Positions 28,531 through 37,991 of a stretch of DNA of 64,000 nucleotides are shown piece after piece (the stretch's first letter is position 1; each line of letters begins with the position of its first letter). Below the pieces are notes generated by a model. The model worked only from the letters and a program-made list of their open reading frames with translations, searched no databases and was not told the DNA's origin. This stretch comes from an uncultured Bacteroidia bacterium (GTDB lineage Bacteria; Bacteroidota; Bacteroidia; Bacteroidales; UBA932). Where the stretch lies: contig CADBAY010000005.1 in assembly GCA_902792815.1 (NCBI GenBank), positions 44,504 through 108,503 of the forward strand, given 5' to 3'. Both the position numbers and the translations under genes were made by a program.

Positions 28531-31293
28531 ATGACACCGTTCCTGAAACAAGTAGCCAAACACTATTATAATGGAGCCGGCGACATAAGCCGGCTCTGTT
28601 TTGTTTTCCCCAACCGCAGGGCACTGCGGTTTTTCGAGCATTATCTCGGACAGGAAATAGCTGCCTCGGGCTCCGGCCCGGTGATCAGCCCGCAGCTGTT
28701 CACTATGAACGACTTCTTCTACCATGCCACCTCCGAGACTCCGTCCGACCGCATCCCCCTGCTGCTGGAGCTTTACAGTTGCTACAAGGCCTTGAATCAT
28801 GCTGCCGAGCCGCTGGACGACTTTATCTTCTGGGGCGACACTCTGCTGGGCGATTTCGACGATGTGGACAAGTATCTCGTGGACCCGGAGCAGCTCTTTA
28901 CCAATGTTACGGATATAAAGGAGATGCAGGACGATTACTCCTATCTATCATCTTCCCAGAGGGAGGCCATCCTGCATTTCGTGGACCATTTCAAGTCTTC
29001 GGGAGCCGTTAAAGAAGGCTTCCTGAGCATCTGGCGCATACTTCTTCCGCTGTACCGCTCGTTCCGCGAAGCCCTTAAATCGAAGGGCATGTCGTACGAG
29101 GGTATGGTGTACCGAGAGCTTGCCGAAAAGCTTGAAGCCGGAAGCGCCGCTGCCATTGTGCAGGACCGCTTCCCGTGGTCGGAGCGCTTCGTCTTTGTGG
29201 GGCTCAACGCCCTTAACGAATGCGAAAAGGCACTGCTGCGCAAGCTCCATCGCGCCGGCCTTGCCGAGTTCTGCTGGGACTATCGCTCGAGTTTGATCAG
29301 TGACCCTCATAATAAGTCTTCTCTTTTCCTGCGGGACTTTACCATCGAATTTCCCAGCGCCTTCCGGCCCGACCCCGAAGGCCTTCCCGGGACGGAGTTC
29401 AACGTGCTCAGCGTACCCGGGGGCATAGCCCAGGCCAAGCAGCTCCCGCAGATTCTTGCCCGATGCACCGGGGCTCCCGGTATCGAAACGGCAGTGGTAC
29501 TGCCCGACGAGCAGTTGCTCATACCCGTGCTGAACTCCATCCCCGGGCATGTGGAGAAGCTCAATGTCACAATGGGCTATCCCATAGCGGGCAGCCAGAT
29601 GTGGACGCTCTTGAGCGACCTGGGCGCCCTTCAGCTCCACCTGAGGCAGAGCAACGGCGAGTGGCATTTCTACCATCGCCAACTATGGGCCGTGGTGTCC
29701 AATTCTATTGTCAAGTCGGTTCTGTCGGATAAAGGCAGGCAGCTGCTCGAGCAGTGCCGCAAAGACCGCAAGTATTATATCCCTCAGCGGGACCTGCAGG
29801 GCGATCCCGTGCTTGAAGTCCTGTTCCGCCCTGTCGTAACCGGTAGCGGCGCCGTGCCGACGGGGCCCGTTTGCCAGTGGCTCCAAGACGTGCTCTCAAC
29901 CCTTGGCCCGAGGCTCAAGACATTGGAGGATATGCAGTTCGAGCTCGATTTCGCCAAGTTGTGCTACGAGTCTGTAGGGCGCTTGCTCGCGTATAATCTG
30001 GAGCTTCAGCCCGCTTCGTTCTTCCGCCTTATCATGCAGGTGCTTTCCGGGGCTACGGTGCCATTCGAGGGCGAGCCGCTGGAAGGCCTGCAAATCATGG
30101 GACCGCTGGAGCTCCGTGCCATGGATTTCCAGAATCTCATCATACTCAGCTGCAACGAGGGCGTGTTCCCCAGGCGCTCGGTGAGCTCTTCGTTCATCCC
30201 TCCCGAGCTCCGAAAAGGCTTCGGCCTCCCTACATACGAGTACCAGGACGCTGTGTGGGCCTACTATTTTTACCGGATGATACAGCGCTGCTCGCGCGTG
30301 TGGATGGTGTACGATTCGCGCACCGAGGGGCTCAAGGGCGGCGAACCCAGCCGCTACCTGCGCCAGCTTGAGATGCATTTCGGCGTGAAATTCAATCACT
30401 TCGAGGCTCAGTCATCTCTGGGACGGGGGGAAGAAGACGGAGATATTCCAAAGACCGAAGCTGACATTCAGGCGCTGCGGGAGCAAAACCTGTCTGCCAG
30501 CGCCGTCAAGAGCTACCTTACTTGTCCCGTGCAGTTCTACTACTCCAAGGTGCAGGCTCTGGAAGCCCAAAAAGAGGTCAGCGAATCGCTCGATGCCGGA
30601 ATGTTCGGCACGGTACTGCACGCAGTCATGCAAGAGCTATATCCCCGGGGAACGGTGGCCGACGCTGCCTACATCGGCTCTCTGCTAAAGTCACAGGGCC
30701 GCATCAAGGAAATAGTAAACGGCAAGATATGCGAGGCGCTGAAAACCTTTGAAGTGAGCGGCCGGAACATTGTTTTCGCCGATGTCATCTGCAGTTATGT
30801 GGAGGCGGTGCTCAAGACCGATCTTGAGCAGGTGCGCTCCGGAGGCGCCATGCGCATATTCGGCGCCGAAAAGTTCGTCAAGCAGAGCATCAGGGGATTC
30901 AACTTTGTAGGTTACATCGACCGCATCGACAGCTCAAAGCAGGGAACCCTCCGCGTGGTGGATTACAAAACCGGGCGGGTGAATCCCGAAGACCTGGACT
31001 TCGGCAAAACGGGCGATATCCCTCAGATAGGCTTGCAATTGTATCTGTATAAGCGCCTTCTCTCTCCCGATTATCCCGGAGCGGATATTACGGGGGCTAT
31101 CTATCAGCCAGCTGCCATAATAGCGGGAGAGGGGGTTATCGCACACTCCCTCGACCAGGAGTTCTGCTCGCGCATGGACTCCGGGCTCGACTCCGTACTC
31201 GATGAGATCTGCGATCTTTCCGTTCCCTGGCAGCGTACCGACAAGCGGGACAAATGTGCTATGTGTGACTTTAGAGCTATCTGCGGACGATGA
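28531..31293 (+). CDS. addB: AddB-like subunit (inactive helicase fold plus PD-(D/E)XK nuclease)
   Basis: VFPNRRA, MGPLELRAMDF, YYFYRMIQR, LSASAVKSYLTCP, GYIDRID..VVDYKTG, C-terminal CAMCDFRAIC; ATGA-coupled to a UvrD helicase. Confidence 0.8.
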   Translation: MTPFLKQVAKHYYNGAGDISRLCFVFPNRRALRFFEHYLGQEIAASGSGPVISPQLFTMNDFFYHATSETPSDRIPLLLELYSCYKALNHAAEPLDDFIFWGDTLLGDFDDVDKYLVDPEQLFTNVTDIKEMQDDYSYLSSSQREAILHFVDHFKSSGAVKEGFLSIWRILLPLYRSFREALKSKGMSYEGMVYRELAEKLEAGSAAAIVQDRFPWSERFVFVGLNALNECEKALLRKLHRAGLAEFCWDYRSSLISDPHNKSSLFLRDFTIEFPSAFRPDPEGLPGTEFNVLSVPGGIAQAKQLPQILARCTGAPGIETAVVLPDEQLLIPVLNSIPGHVEKLNVTMGYPIAGSQMWTLLSDLGALQLHLRQSNGEWHFYHRQLWAVVSNSIVKSVLSDKGRQLLEQCRKDRKYYIPQRDLQGDPVLEVLFRPVVTGSGAVPTGPVCQWLQDVLSTLGPRLKTLEDMQFELDFAKLCYESVGRLLAYNLELQPASFFRLIMQVLSGATVPFEGEPLEGLQIMGPLELRAMDFQNLIILSCNEGVFPRRSVSSSFIPPELRKGFGLPTYEYQDAVWAYYFYRMIQRCSRVWMVYDSRTEGLKGGEPSRYLRQLEMHFGVKFNHFEAQSSLGRGEEDGDIPKTEADIQALREQNLSASAVKSYLTCPVQFYYSKVQALEAQKEVSESLDAGMFGTVLHAVMQELYPRGTVADAAYIGSLLKSQGRIKEIVNGKICEALKTFEVSGRNIVFADVICSYVEAVLKTDLEQVRSGGAMRIFGAEKFVKQSIRGFNFVGYIDRIDSSKQGTLRVVDYKTGRVNPEDLDFGKTGDIPQIGLQLYLYKRLLSPDYPGADITGAIYQPAAIIAGEGVIAHSLDQEFCSRMDSGLDSVLDEICDLSVPWQRTDKRDKCAMCDFRAICGR

Positions 31294-34037
31294 AGATAAT
31301 AAAGGCAAGCGCGGGCTCGGGCAAAACCTACACCCTGTCCCATACATATCTGGATTTCCTTCTGAACTCCGACGATCCTTATGCGTACAAGCATCTCCTT
31401 GCGGTTACTTTTACCAACAAGGCCACCGCGGAGATGAAGGAACGCATACTCAAAGACCTGGCCGCCGCATCCGAAGGTGACGGAGAGCGGGCGGCGAGGG
31501 CCCGCCACTATCTGGTGAGCATACTCCACGACTACGGCGCCTTTGGAGTCAGCACCATCGACCGGTTCTTCCAGCAGACCCTCCGCTCCTTTGCGAGGGA
31601 GCTCGGACAGTTCTCTTCTTATCAGGTGGAACTCGACAAGGACAGCCTGATTTCCGAGTCGATGGACAGGGTCCTGGACGGCGTGTGCGAAGATAAAAAA
31701 GAGCTGATTGCCTGGCTCAGGCTCAATGCCATGGACCAGATCCGGCAGTCCGGACGCTTCCGCCTGGATGACGGCCTTCTGGACATAGGACAGCGTCTCA
31801 AGAGCGAGGAATACCAGCGTCTGGCCGCGGGCCTTGGGATCGACCTGCAACGTGATTACTCCAAGCAGCGCCTTGCCGGTATCAAGAAGCTCTGCGCAGG
31901 AATCATCAGCGGTTTTGAGAGTGAGGCTGCAGCCCTTGGCGTCAAGGCCGAAAAGGGCAAGCGCATAAAGTACCCGACGACCAAGAAGGCTCTTGCCGAT
32001 ACTGCCGTGGCCGATTTATTCGAAAAGAAATATACGGTTTACGCAACGGCCGCCATAGTTGAACGCCAGCTCTACGGCCTGGGGGTGGCAAGGGAGTTCG
32101 AGGCAGAATTCGACGCCCTGCTCAAAGAGAAGAACGTAATGCCGCTGGATGAGTCCAACGCCCTGCTCAAGAAGATAATAGACGGCTCTGACGCTCCCTT
32201 CGTGTACGAAAAGACAGGCACCCGTTACTCTCACTTCATGCTCGACGAGTTCCAGGATACTTCGCGCCTTCAGTGGGACAATTTCCTCCCCCTGCTGCTT
32301 GATGCCGACGCTTCCGGCGAGAACCTCATCGTGGGAGATGTCAAGCAGAGCATCTACCGGTGGAGAGACTCTGACTGGCACCTGCTCGGGAGCGAGGTCC
32401 AGGAGGTTTTCCCGCGCGCCACGGTGGAGACTAAAGAAGAAAACTGGAGGAGTACCGAGGCGGTGGTAAACGTTAACGGAGAGTTCTTCGAATATGCCGC
32501 CAAGGCAGTAGGCCTGGAGGATATATACTCTAAAGTCAAGCAGCTCGTGCGGGCCGAGGACGGGCAGAAGGGTTGCGTGCGGGTGAGTTTTACCGACAGC
32601 CAGATCGATGCCGTGCTGGAGTCCATAGCCGATGTGCGCTCAAGGGGCGCCCTCTATGGCGATATTGCGGTTCTGGTGCGCGGTAAGGCCGAAGGCGCCG
32701 CGATAGCCGAGGCACTCAGGCTTGCGGGCATAAGTTTTATTTCCGACGATACCCTTGACCTGAAGAGCGCTGTGACGGTGCGCAGGCTTGTGTCGCTTCT
32801 GAGTTTCTACGACGATCCTGCCAATACCGTAGGCAGCTATCTGGCTAAGTCGGTCGGAGTGGATTTCCCCGAGAACTACCACTCCCTGGTGGATTTCTGC
32901 GAATTCCTGCTCCGTAAGCTCAGCAGCTATGACCGCCGTTCTTACGAAGCCGAAACGCTGTTTATCGGGGCCTTTATGGACATGCTCCAGGACTGGGTGA
33001 ACGTCAACGGCAACAATGTCAAGGCATTCATTCGGCAGTGGCAGGAAAAGAAGGATTGCTACATAGGATCTCCCGCCAATTCCGACGCCGTGCGTATAAT
33101 GACAATACACAAGTCCAAAGGCCTTGAGTTCCCCCACGTCATTTTCCCTTTTGCCAATAAGGTTGAACTGTTCAAGTCGGTTACACGCTGGTGCGCGCTC
33201 GACGGGGGCGGTACTGCGCTCGGGCACGGCGCCGACGGCATCTACCCGGTGGAACTTAGCGGATCTTCCCTCAGGACCCTTTTTGCCGATGACTACCTGA
33301 AGGAAAGGGAGCTGCAGACAGTAGATAATCTGAATATCTTCTACGTGGCTATGACCAGGGCATCCAAGAGCCTGCATGTGATAGCCAAATGTCCCGCCAA
33401 AAACAAGGTTGATGCACTGAAGAAGAAGCAGAGCATCGACTGGAGCAATTTCTCCGAAATTCTTTATGCCTGGTGCGGCTGCAGTGAAGAGTGGATGGCC
33501 GGGGAGCCTTACGATTTCTCCCTGATGAAGCGAGAAGATAAAGGCGCCGGAACGGCTTTCCCCGCGGCTTTTGATTCTATCCCGCTGGGCGGCAGGCTCA
33601 AAGCCTCGCAGGACGCTTCCGACTTTTTCGGCGATGACGGCAGTACCGGCGCTCAGGCTTCCGGACGCCTCAAGGGCATACAGCTGCATGCAATTCTCTC
33701 GGCAGTTGATTCCTCAATTGACCTGCCCTCTGACTTGTGCTCTGAAGATGCATCTTTGCTGCGCAGCCGCATTGAGGCGCATCCCGAGTGGTTCGGGGGT
33801 GTCAAGGCTCGCAACGAGCTTTCAGTCTTTGGCTCTGACGGAGCCTTGAACAGGCCCGACCGCGTGGTCGTCAGGCCTGATGGCAGCGTTGACATTATCG
33901 ACTATAAGTTCGGCGCCGAAAGGCCATCGTATCTTAGGCAGGTGGGCCGTTACATGAAGCTTTACCGCGACATGGGCTCTCGGTCCGTCCGTGGTTTCGT
34001 GTGGTATGTTCCTGAAGATAAAGTTGTAGAGGTATGA
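31290..34037 (+). CDS. addA: AddA-like UvrD helicase/nuclease
   Basis: ASAGSGKT, VTFTNKAT, MLDEFQDTS, VGDVKQSIYRWR, NWRS, MTIHKSKGLEF, YVAMTRA, RPDRV..IIDYK. Confidence 0.88.
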   Translation: MKIIKASAGSGKTYTLSHTYLDFLLNSDDPYAYKHLLAVTFTNKATAEMKERILKDLAAASEGDGERAARARHYLVSILHDYGAFGVSTIDRFFQQTLRSFARELGQFSSYQVELDKDSLISESMDRVLDGVCEDKKELIAWLRLNAMDQIRQSGRFRLDDGLLDIGQRLKSEEYQRLAAGLGIDLQRDYSKQRLAGIKKLCAGIISGFESEAAALGVKAEKGKRIKYPTTKKALADTAVADLFEKKYTVYATAAIVERQLYGLGVAREFEAEFDALLKEKNVMPLDESNALLKKIIDGSDAPFVYEKTGTRYSHFMLDEFQDTSRLQWDNFLPLLLDADASGENLIVGDVKQSIYRWRDSDWHLLGSEVQEVFPRATVETKEENWRSTEAVVNVNGEFFEYAAKAVGLEDIYSKVKQLVRAEDGQKGCVRVSFTDSQIDAVLESIADVRSRGALYGDIAVLVRGKAEGAAIAEALRLAGISFISDDTLDLKSAVTVRRLVSLLSFYDDPANTVGSYLAKSVGVDFPENYHSLVDFCEFLLRKLSSYDRRSYEAETLFIGAFMDMLQDWVNVNGNNVKAFIRQWQEKKDCYIGSPANSDAVRIMTIHKSKGLEFPHVIFPFANKVELFKSVTRWCALDGGGTALGHGADGIYPVELSGSSLRTLFADDYLKERELQTVDNLNIFYVAMTRASKSLHVIAKCPAKNKVDALKKKQSIDWSNFSEILYAWCGCSEEWMAGEPYDFSLMKREDKGAGTAFPAAFDSIPLGGRLKASQDASDFFGDDGSTGAQASGRLKGIQLHAILSAVDSSIDLPSDLCSEDASLLRSRIEAHPEWFGGVKARNELSVFGSDGALNRPDRVVVRPDGSVDIIDYKFGAERPSYLRQVGRYMKLYRDMGSRSVRGFVWYVPEDKVVEV

Positions 34038-35206
34038 TGGGGCGCAATTGCATACTTAGGATTATCCTTCTCCTGGCTTTCGCGGGCATAGGCTTCGGCG
34101 CTTCTGCCCAGAACAATGGTGGCGGTATCGTGGGTTTATGGAAGCGTCTTTGCGAACCAGATCCCAAACTGGATTCCGTGTATATTTTCCAGCCTTATAA
34201 AGGATGGGGCGTTTCTGCCGGATATGAGCTGGAAGGTCACAACGTTTCCATGGATACCAAGGTGGATTACGGGATTGACGATATCAGTATCAATTACCAC
34301 TTCCTGCTTAATATGGATCCGAAGATGGATCACAAAATAGGTCTGTATGGCTATGCGGGCCCTCTGCGCCTTGGAATAAGCCAGGAGGTAGGAGCCTCGG
34401 CGGGCAACGGCAAGTCTTTCTCTTTCAGGCTGATGAATAATTCTTTATCGGCCGATGTGGCTTATTCCCGCTTCTATTCGATGCCGCAGGGTGTGATTGC
34501 CGGTTACCATAACGATGCGACAGGGGAGGCACATGAAGAGCAAATTCCGGTGAGGATTGACCGTCCTGCCGATCTGAAGACTTTTGTAATTAATGCAAGC
34601 TATGCCTTCAACGGCCGCCGCTTCAGCTATCGGGCAGCATATGACGGGAGCGTAGTGCAGCGCCGCTCAGCCGGATCTTTTCTGGTTGCTGCCAAATATA
34701 TGCGCGGGAATATCGAACTGGACCCTGACGACTTTATGCTCATGGTCATGGTGTCCGGCATGGGCGGATATGTCACGAGGCAGGCGTCGTTGGGCGCCGG
34801 GTATTCTTTCAACCTGGTTCCGTACCACCGCGATGCGGCAGGCCCCAGAGATCTCAACGGACTTCGCAACCTCACCTTCAACGCTACTGTCATACCTATG
34901 CTTACGCTTTATAACAGCGTAATTACCAATGAGTATTCCCATAAGGACGACGGAATCAACTATTGCTCCGACATTGCCAGGACCTACAAGCTTCAGGGCG
35001 GCTTGCATCCGAATTTTATTGGAAGGGCGGCAGTGTGTTATTCTACCGGCCATTTCTCGGCTAGCTGCCGGGCCGACTACACGCGCTTCCTTTTCCGTAA
35101 CGGAGACAAAACCTTCCATAGCATCTCGGGAGGCTCCCTTACAATGTCCCAAAGCGGTGAGTTCTCTTACCTGACGGTAGCTTTTCAGCTGATGTACAAG
35201 TTTTGA
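34034..35206 (+). CDS. DUF4421-like outer-membrane protein
   Basis: Signal peptide; YAFNGRRFSYRAAY...QRRSAGSFL motif; C-terminal Phe. Confidence 0.7.
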   Translation: MMGRNCILRIILLLAFAGIGFGASAQNNGGGIVGLWKRLCEPDPKLDSVYIFQPYKGWGVSAGYELEGHNVSMDTKVDYGIDDISINYHFLLNMDPKMDHKIGLYGYAGPLRLGISQEVGASAGNGKSFSFRLMNNSLSADVAYSRFYSMPQGVIAGYHNDATGEAHEEQIPVRIDRPADLKTFVINASYAFNGRRFSYRAAYDGSVVQRRSAGSFLVAAKYMRGNIELDPDDFMLMVMVSGMGGYVTRQASLGAGYSFNLVPYHRDAAGPRDLNGLRNLTFNATVIPMLTLYNSVITNEYSHKDDGINYCSDIARTYKLQGGLHPNFIGRAAVCYSTGHFSASCRADYTRFLFRNGDKTFHSISGGSLTMSQSGEFSYLTVAFQLMYKF

Positions 35207-35226
35207 TTATCGAAAAGATTATTTGA

Positions 35227-36765
35227 ATGAAAGAGTTTGAAATCACATGTCCGCTCACGCGGGAGCCAAGGCTAAAAGAAATAGAGGCCAGGGCCGGAGG
35301 CATGAAATGGGTGCTCAAGAAGCGCTCGGTAGATGCTCGCAAGGAACCCGTATGGCGTTATCAATATGAGGCTTATGCTCCAGGAGAGGAAGTGCCTGAA
35401 TATGTCCAGTCTCCTTATCTCGACGTCTACGATGCACCGGCGGTGCTCATTGTGGGCGCCGGCCCTGCAGGTATGTTTGCCGCCCTCAAGCTTCTGACCC
35501 TCGGGCTTAAACCCGTTGTGCTGGAGCGGGGCAAGAACGTGCACGAGCGCAAGGTGGATATGGCCCGCCTCTCACGCGAAGGCGTTGTGAATCCCGACTC
35601 CAACTATTGCTACGGAGAGGGCGGGGCAGGTGCTTTTTCGGACGGTAAACTCTACACCCGCTCTTCCAAGCGTGGCGACATACGCGAGGTGCTCCATCAG
35701 CTGGTGGATTTCGGCGCGTCCAAAGACATTCTCATCGACGCTCACCCTCACATAGGCTCCGACAAGCTTCCGGGAGTGGTGGAAAAAATCCGTAATTGTG
35801 TGACCGCACATGGTGGGGAGTATTATTTCGGCGCAAAGGTGAGCAGCATAGAAAGCTCTAAAGAAGGAGTTACGGCCCGTTGTGCCGACGGGCGCAGTTT
35901 CAGTGGCAAGCGCCTGATTCTTGCCGCCGGGCATTCGGCGCGGGATGTTTACGAGATGCTGCAGTCGCGCGGCGGCGCCTTGGAGGCCAAAGGTTTCGCC
36001 CTGGGCGTGCGGGTAGAGCATCCGCAGGAGAAAATCAACTATCATCAGTACCACGGTACCTGGAAGCCCGGTTATCCGGCGGCCGAATACTCCTTTGTAG
36101 AGCAGGTCGACGGCCGTGGCGTGTTCTCGTTCTGCATGTGCCCCGGCGGTATATTAGTGCCGTCGTCCACCGAGCCGCGGACCGTGGTTCTCAACGGGAT
36201 GTCCAATTCGGGCCGCAGCGGCAAGTTCGCCAACGCCGGAGTGGTGGTGCAGATAGAGCCTGAAGATGTGCCGGGTGAGAACCCTTTCAAGCTGATGGAC
36301 TTCCAGCAGGCGGTAGAGCGCCGTATGTTCGACTGGTGCGAGGAGCAGCGCTGCTCCGGAGTGAAGGACATTCCGCAGAATCCTATGGCAGCGCCGGCGC
36401 AGAGGATGGAAGATTTCTGCCTGGGGAAGATCAGCAAGAAGATGCCGCCCACGTCGTATTTTCCCGGCGTCATTAGCGCGCCCCTTCATGAACTGTTGCC
36501 TCCGGTTGTTGCGCAAAGGCTGCAGAAGGCCTTCCCCAGGGTAAAGATGAAGGGCTATTATACCAATGCTGCGCTGCTGCTCGGCGTGGAGTCCCGAACC
36601 TCTTCGCCCGTAAGGGTGCCGCGCGACCCTGATACCCTGGAGTACTTGTCCGACTCAATGATTTATCCTTGCGGCGAGGGCGCCGGCTATTCCGGCGGTA
36701 TAGTTTCAAGTGCAATAGACGGAATCCGCTGCGCTCAGGCTGCCGCGGCTGCCATATTGGATTAG
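35227..36765 (+). CDS. FAD/NAD(P)-dependent oxidoreductase
   Basis: IVGAGPAG, GEGGAGAFSDGKL, GVRVEHP, FCMCPGG, GVESRTSSP, GEGAGYSGGIVSSA. Confidence 0.88.
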   Translation: MKEFEITCPLTREPRLKEIEARAGGMKWVLKKRSVDARKEPVWRYQYEAYAPGEEVPEYVQSPYLDVYDAPAVLIVGAGPAGMFAALKLLTLGLKPVVLERGKNVHERKVDMARLSREGVVNPDSNYCYGEGGAGAFSDGKLYTRSSKRGDIREVLHQLVDFGASKDILIDAHPHIGSDKLPGVVEKIRNCVTAHGGEYYFGAKVSSIESSKEGVTARCADGRSFSGKRLILAAGHSARDVYEMLQSRGGALEAKGFALGVRVEHPQEKINYHQYHGTWKPGYPAAEYSFVEQVDGRGVFSFCMCPGGILVPSSTEPRTVVLNGMSNSGRSGKFANAGVVVQIEPEDVPGENPFKLMDFQQAVERRMFDWCEEQRCSGVKDIPQNPMAAPAQRMEDFCLGKISKKMPPTSYFPGVISAPLHELLPPVVAQRLQKAFPRVKMKGYYTNAALLLGVESRTSSPVRVPRDPDTLEYLSDSMIYPCGEGAGYSGGIVSSAIDGIRCAQAAAAAILD

Positions 36766-36767
36766 AG

Positions 36768-37991
36768 ATGATTGATTTCGAGCCCGTATATTCGCACCGC
36801 TCTACGGTTTATAACCTGCTCGGCTTTGAGCCTGGCAAGGTGGATGGGGCATATTTGAAAGCGTTGGGCGTAGGGGTGGAGCCTTCGGAAGAGACTCTGG
36901 AAGCCCTTCGGAGGGGCTCCGAAGTGTTTGAAAGGCGTTTTAGAGAGCATCTGCTGATACCTCGCCAGCGCTTCTGCCTTGAAGATATTGCCCCGGCTTC
37001 GGTAACTCCCGTGATTCATAATTATACCGGCCGCTGTCCCACCCTGACTTACGAGATAAACCCTGTAAAAGGCTGTACGGTGGGCTGTCAGTACTGCCTA
37101 GTGAGCGACGGGGTGCACGAGCAGGAGCTTATGGCTTATGACAATTACCACCTCTATGTGAGGCGCCTGCTGGAGGAGCATAACGGGCCTGGCAGCGACA
37201 ATGCGCGGCACTACTATTATTTTTCGCCCAAAACCGAGGCGTTTCAGGAAGCGACGCTCTACACCGGTATCGCCCACAGGATACTTAGGGAATTCATAGA
37301 GCATTTCCGCCGCTGCCCACATTCGAACGCCCGTCTTTTCATAGCGTCCAAAGCGGGAGCAAAGCATTTGCAGATTGCTGACGGAGGAGAAACAGTCCTT
37401 GATCTTTTTGCCCGGCTGAAGGGGCGTATGCAGTTCAATACCAGCGTTTCCATTATGCCGGATGCATTCCGCGACATACTGGAGCCTTACGCAGCCCCGC
37501 TCTCCGAGCGGCTGGAGGCGGTGCGTTTGTGCTCTGAGAAGGGAGTGGCGGCCGATTCCGCCCTGGTGCAGCCGATTATCACCCCGTGGCTTACACGGGA
37601 GCACATCGAAAGCTTTTTCGGAGCACTGAGAGGAGTGGGAATAATAAACTACAAGCCTGAGTTCCTTACCGCTTGCGTGGAGAATCTCTCTATGCTGGGC
37701 CAGTACCTCGGCTGGTTCGACAAGGGCCTCGAGCGGCAGCTGTATGAAGATTATCTGATGCCGTCCAACGAGTCTCACCGCAAGCAGAGGGCCCGCATAG
37801 CACCCGACAAGGCGCGAAGCCGCGCCTACTTGAAGGCCATGATGGAGTGTACCGACCATTTGGGTATGAGCGTAAGTATCTGCTACTGGGTGCGTAAGCA
37901 GCTTGGTATCGAAGAGTCTCAGATTCCGTTTATCAACCGCAACGGCTTCCAGTGTCTTGGCTATCAGTCTAAACTTTTCGGCGATGTATAG
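36768..37991 (+). CDS. Radical SAM protein, spore-photoproduct-lyase-like clade
   Basis: INPVKGCTVGCQYC (CxxxCxxC); EPYAAPLSERLEAVRL..KGV pattern of SPL-like enzymes. Start moved to MIDFEP at 36768. Confidence 0.8.
   Translation: MIDFEPVYSHRSTVYNLLGFEPGKVDGAYLKALGVGVEPSEETLEALRRGSEVFERRFREHLLIPRQRFCLEDIAPASVTPVIHNYTGRCPTLTYEINPVKGCTVGCQYCLVSDGVHEQELMAYDNYHLYVRRLLEEHNGPGSDNARHYYYFSPKTEAFQEATLYTGIAHRILREFIEHFRRCPHSNARLFIASKAGAKHLQIADGGETVLDLFARLKGRMQFNTSVSIMPDAFRDILEPYAAPLSERLEAVRLCSEKGVAADSALVQPIITPWLTREHIESFFGALRGVGIINYKPEFLTACVENLSMLGQYLGWFDKGLERQLYEDYLMPSNESHRKQRARIAPDKARSRAYLKAMMECTDHLGMSVSICYWVRKQLGIEESQIPFINRNGFQCLGYQSKLFGDV

Noticed and set aside
36342-36357. Perfect 16-bp palindrome GGAGCAGCGCTGCTCC in the oxidoreductase
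   Set aside because: About one such palindrome is expected by chance in 64 kb (4^-8 per position), and it lacks the element's core motifs.
36883-36924. Weak TTCG-containing hairpins in the rSAM gene (also 37811-37826)
   Set aside because: The stems are short or imperfect, no peptide insertion is evident, and they are compatible with chance in GC-rich DNA.
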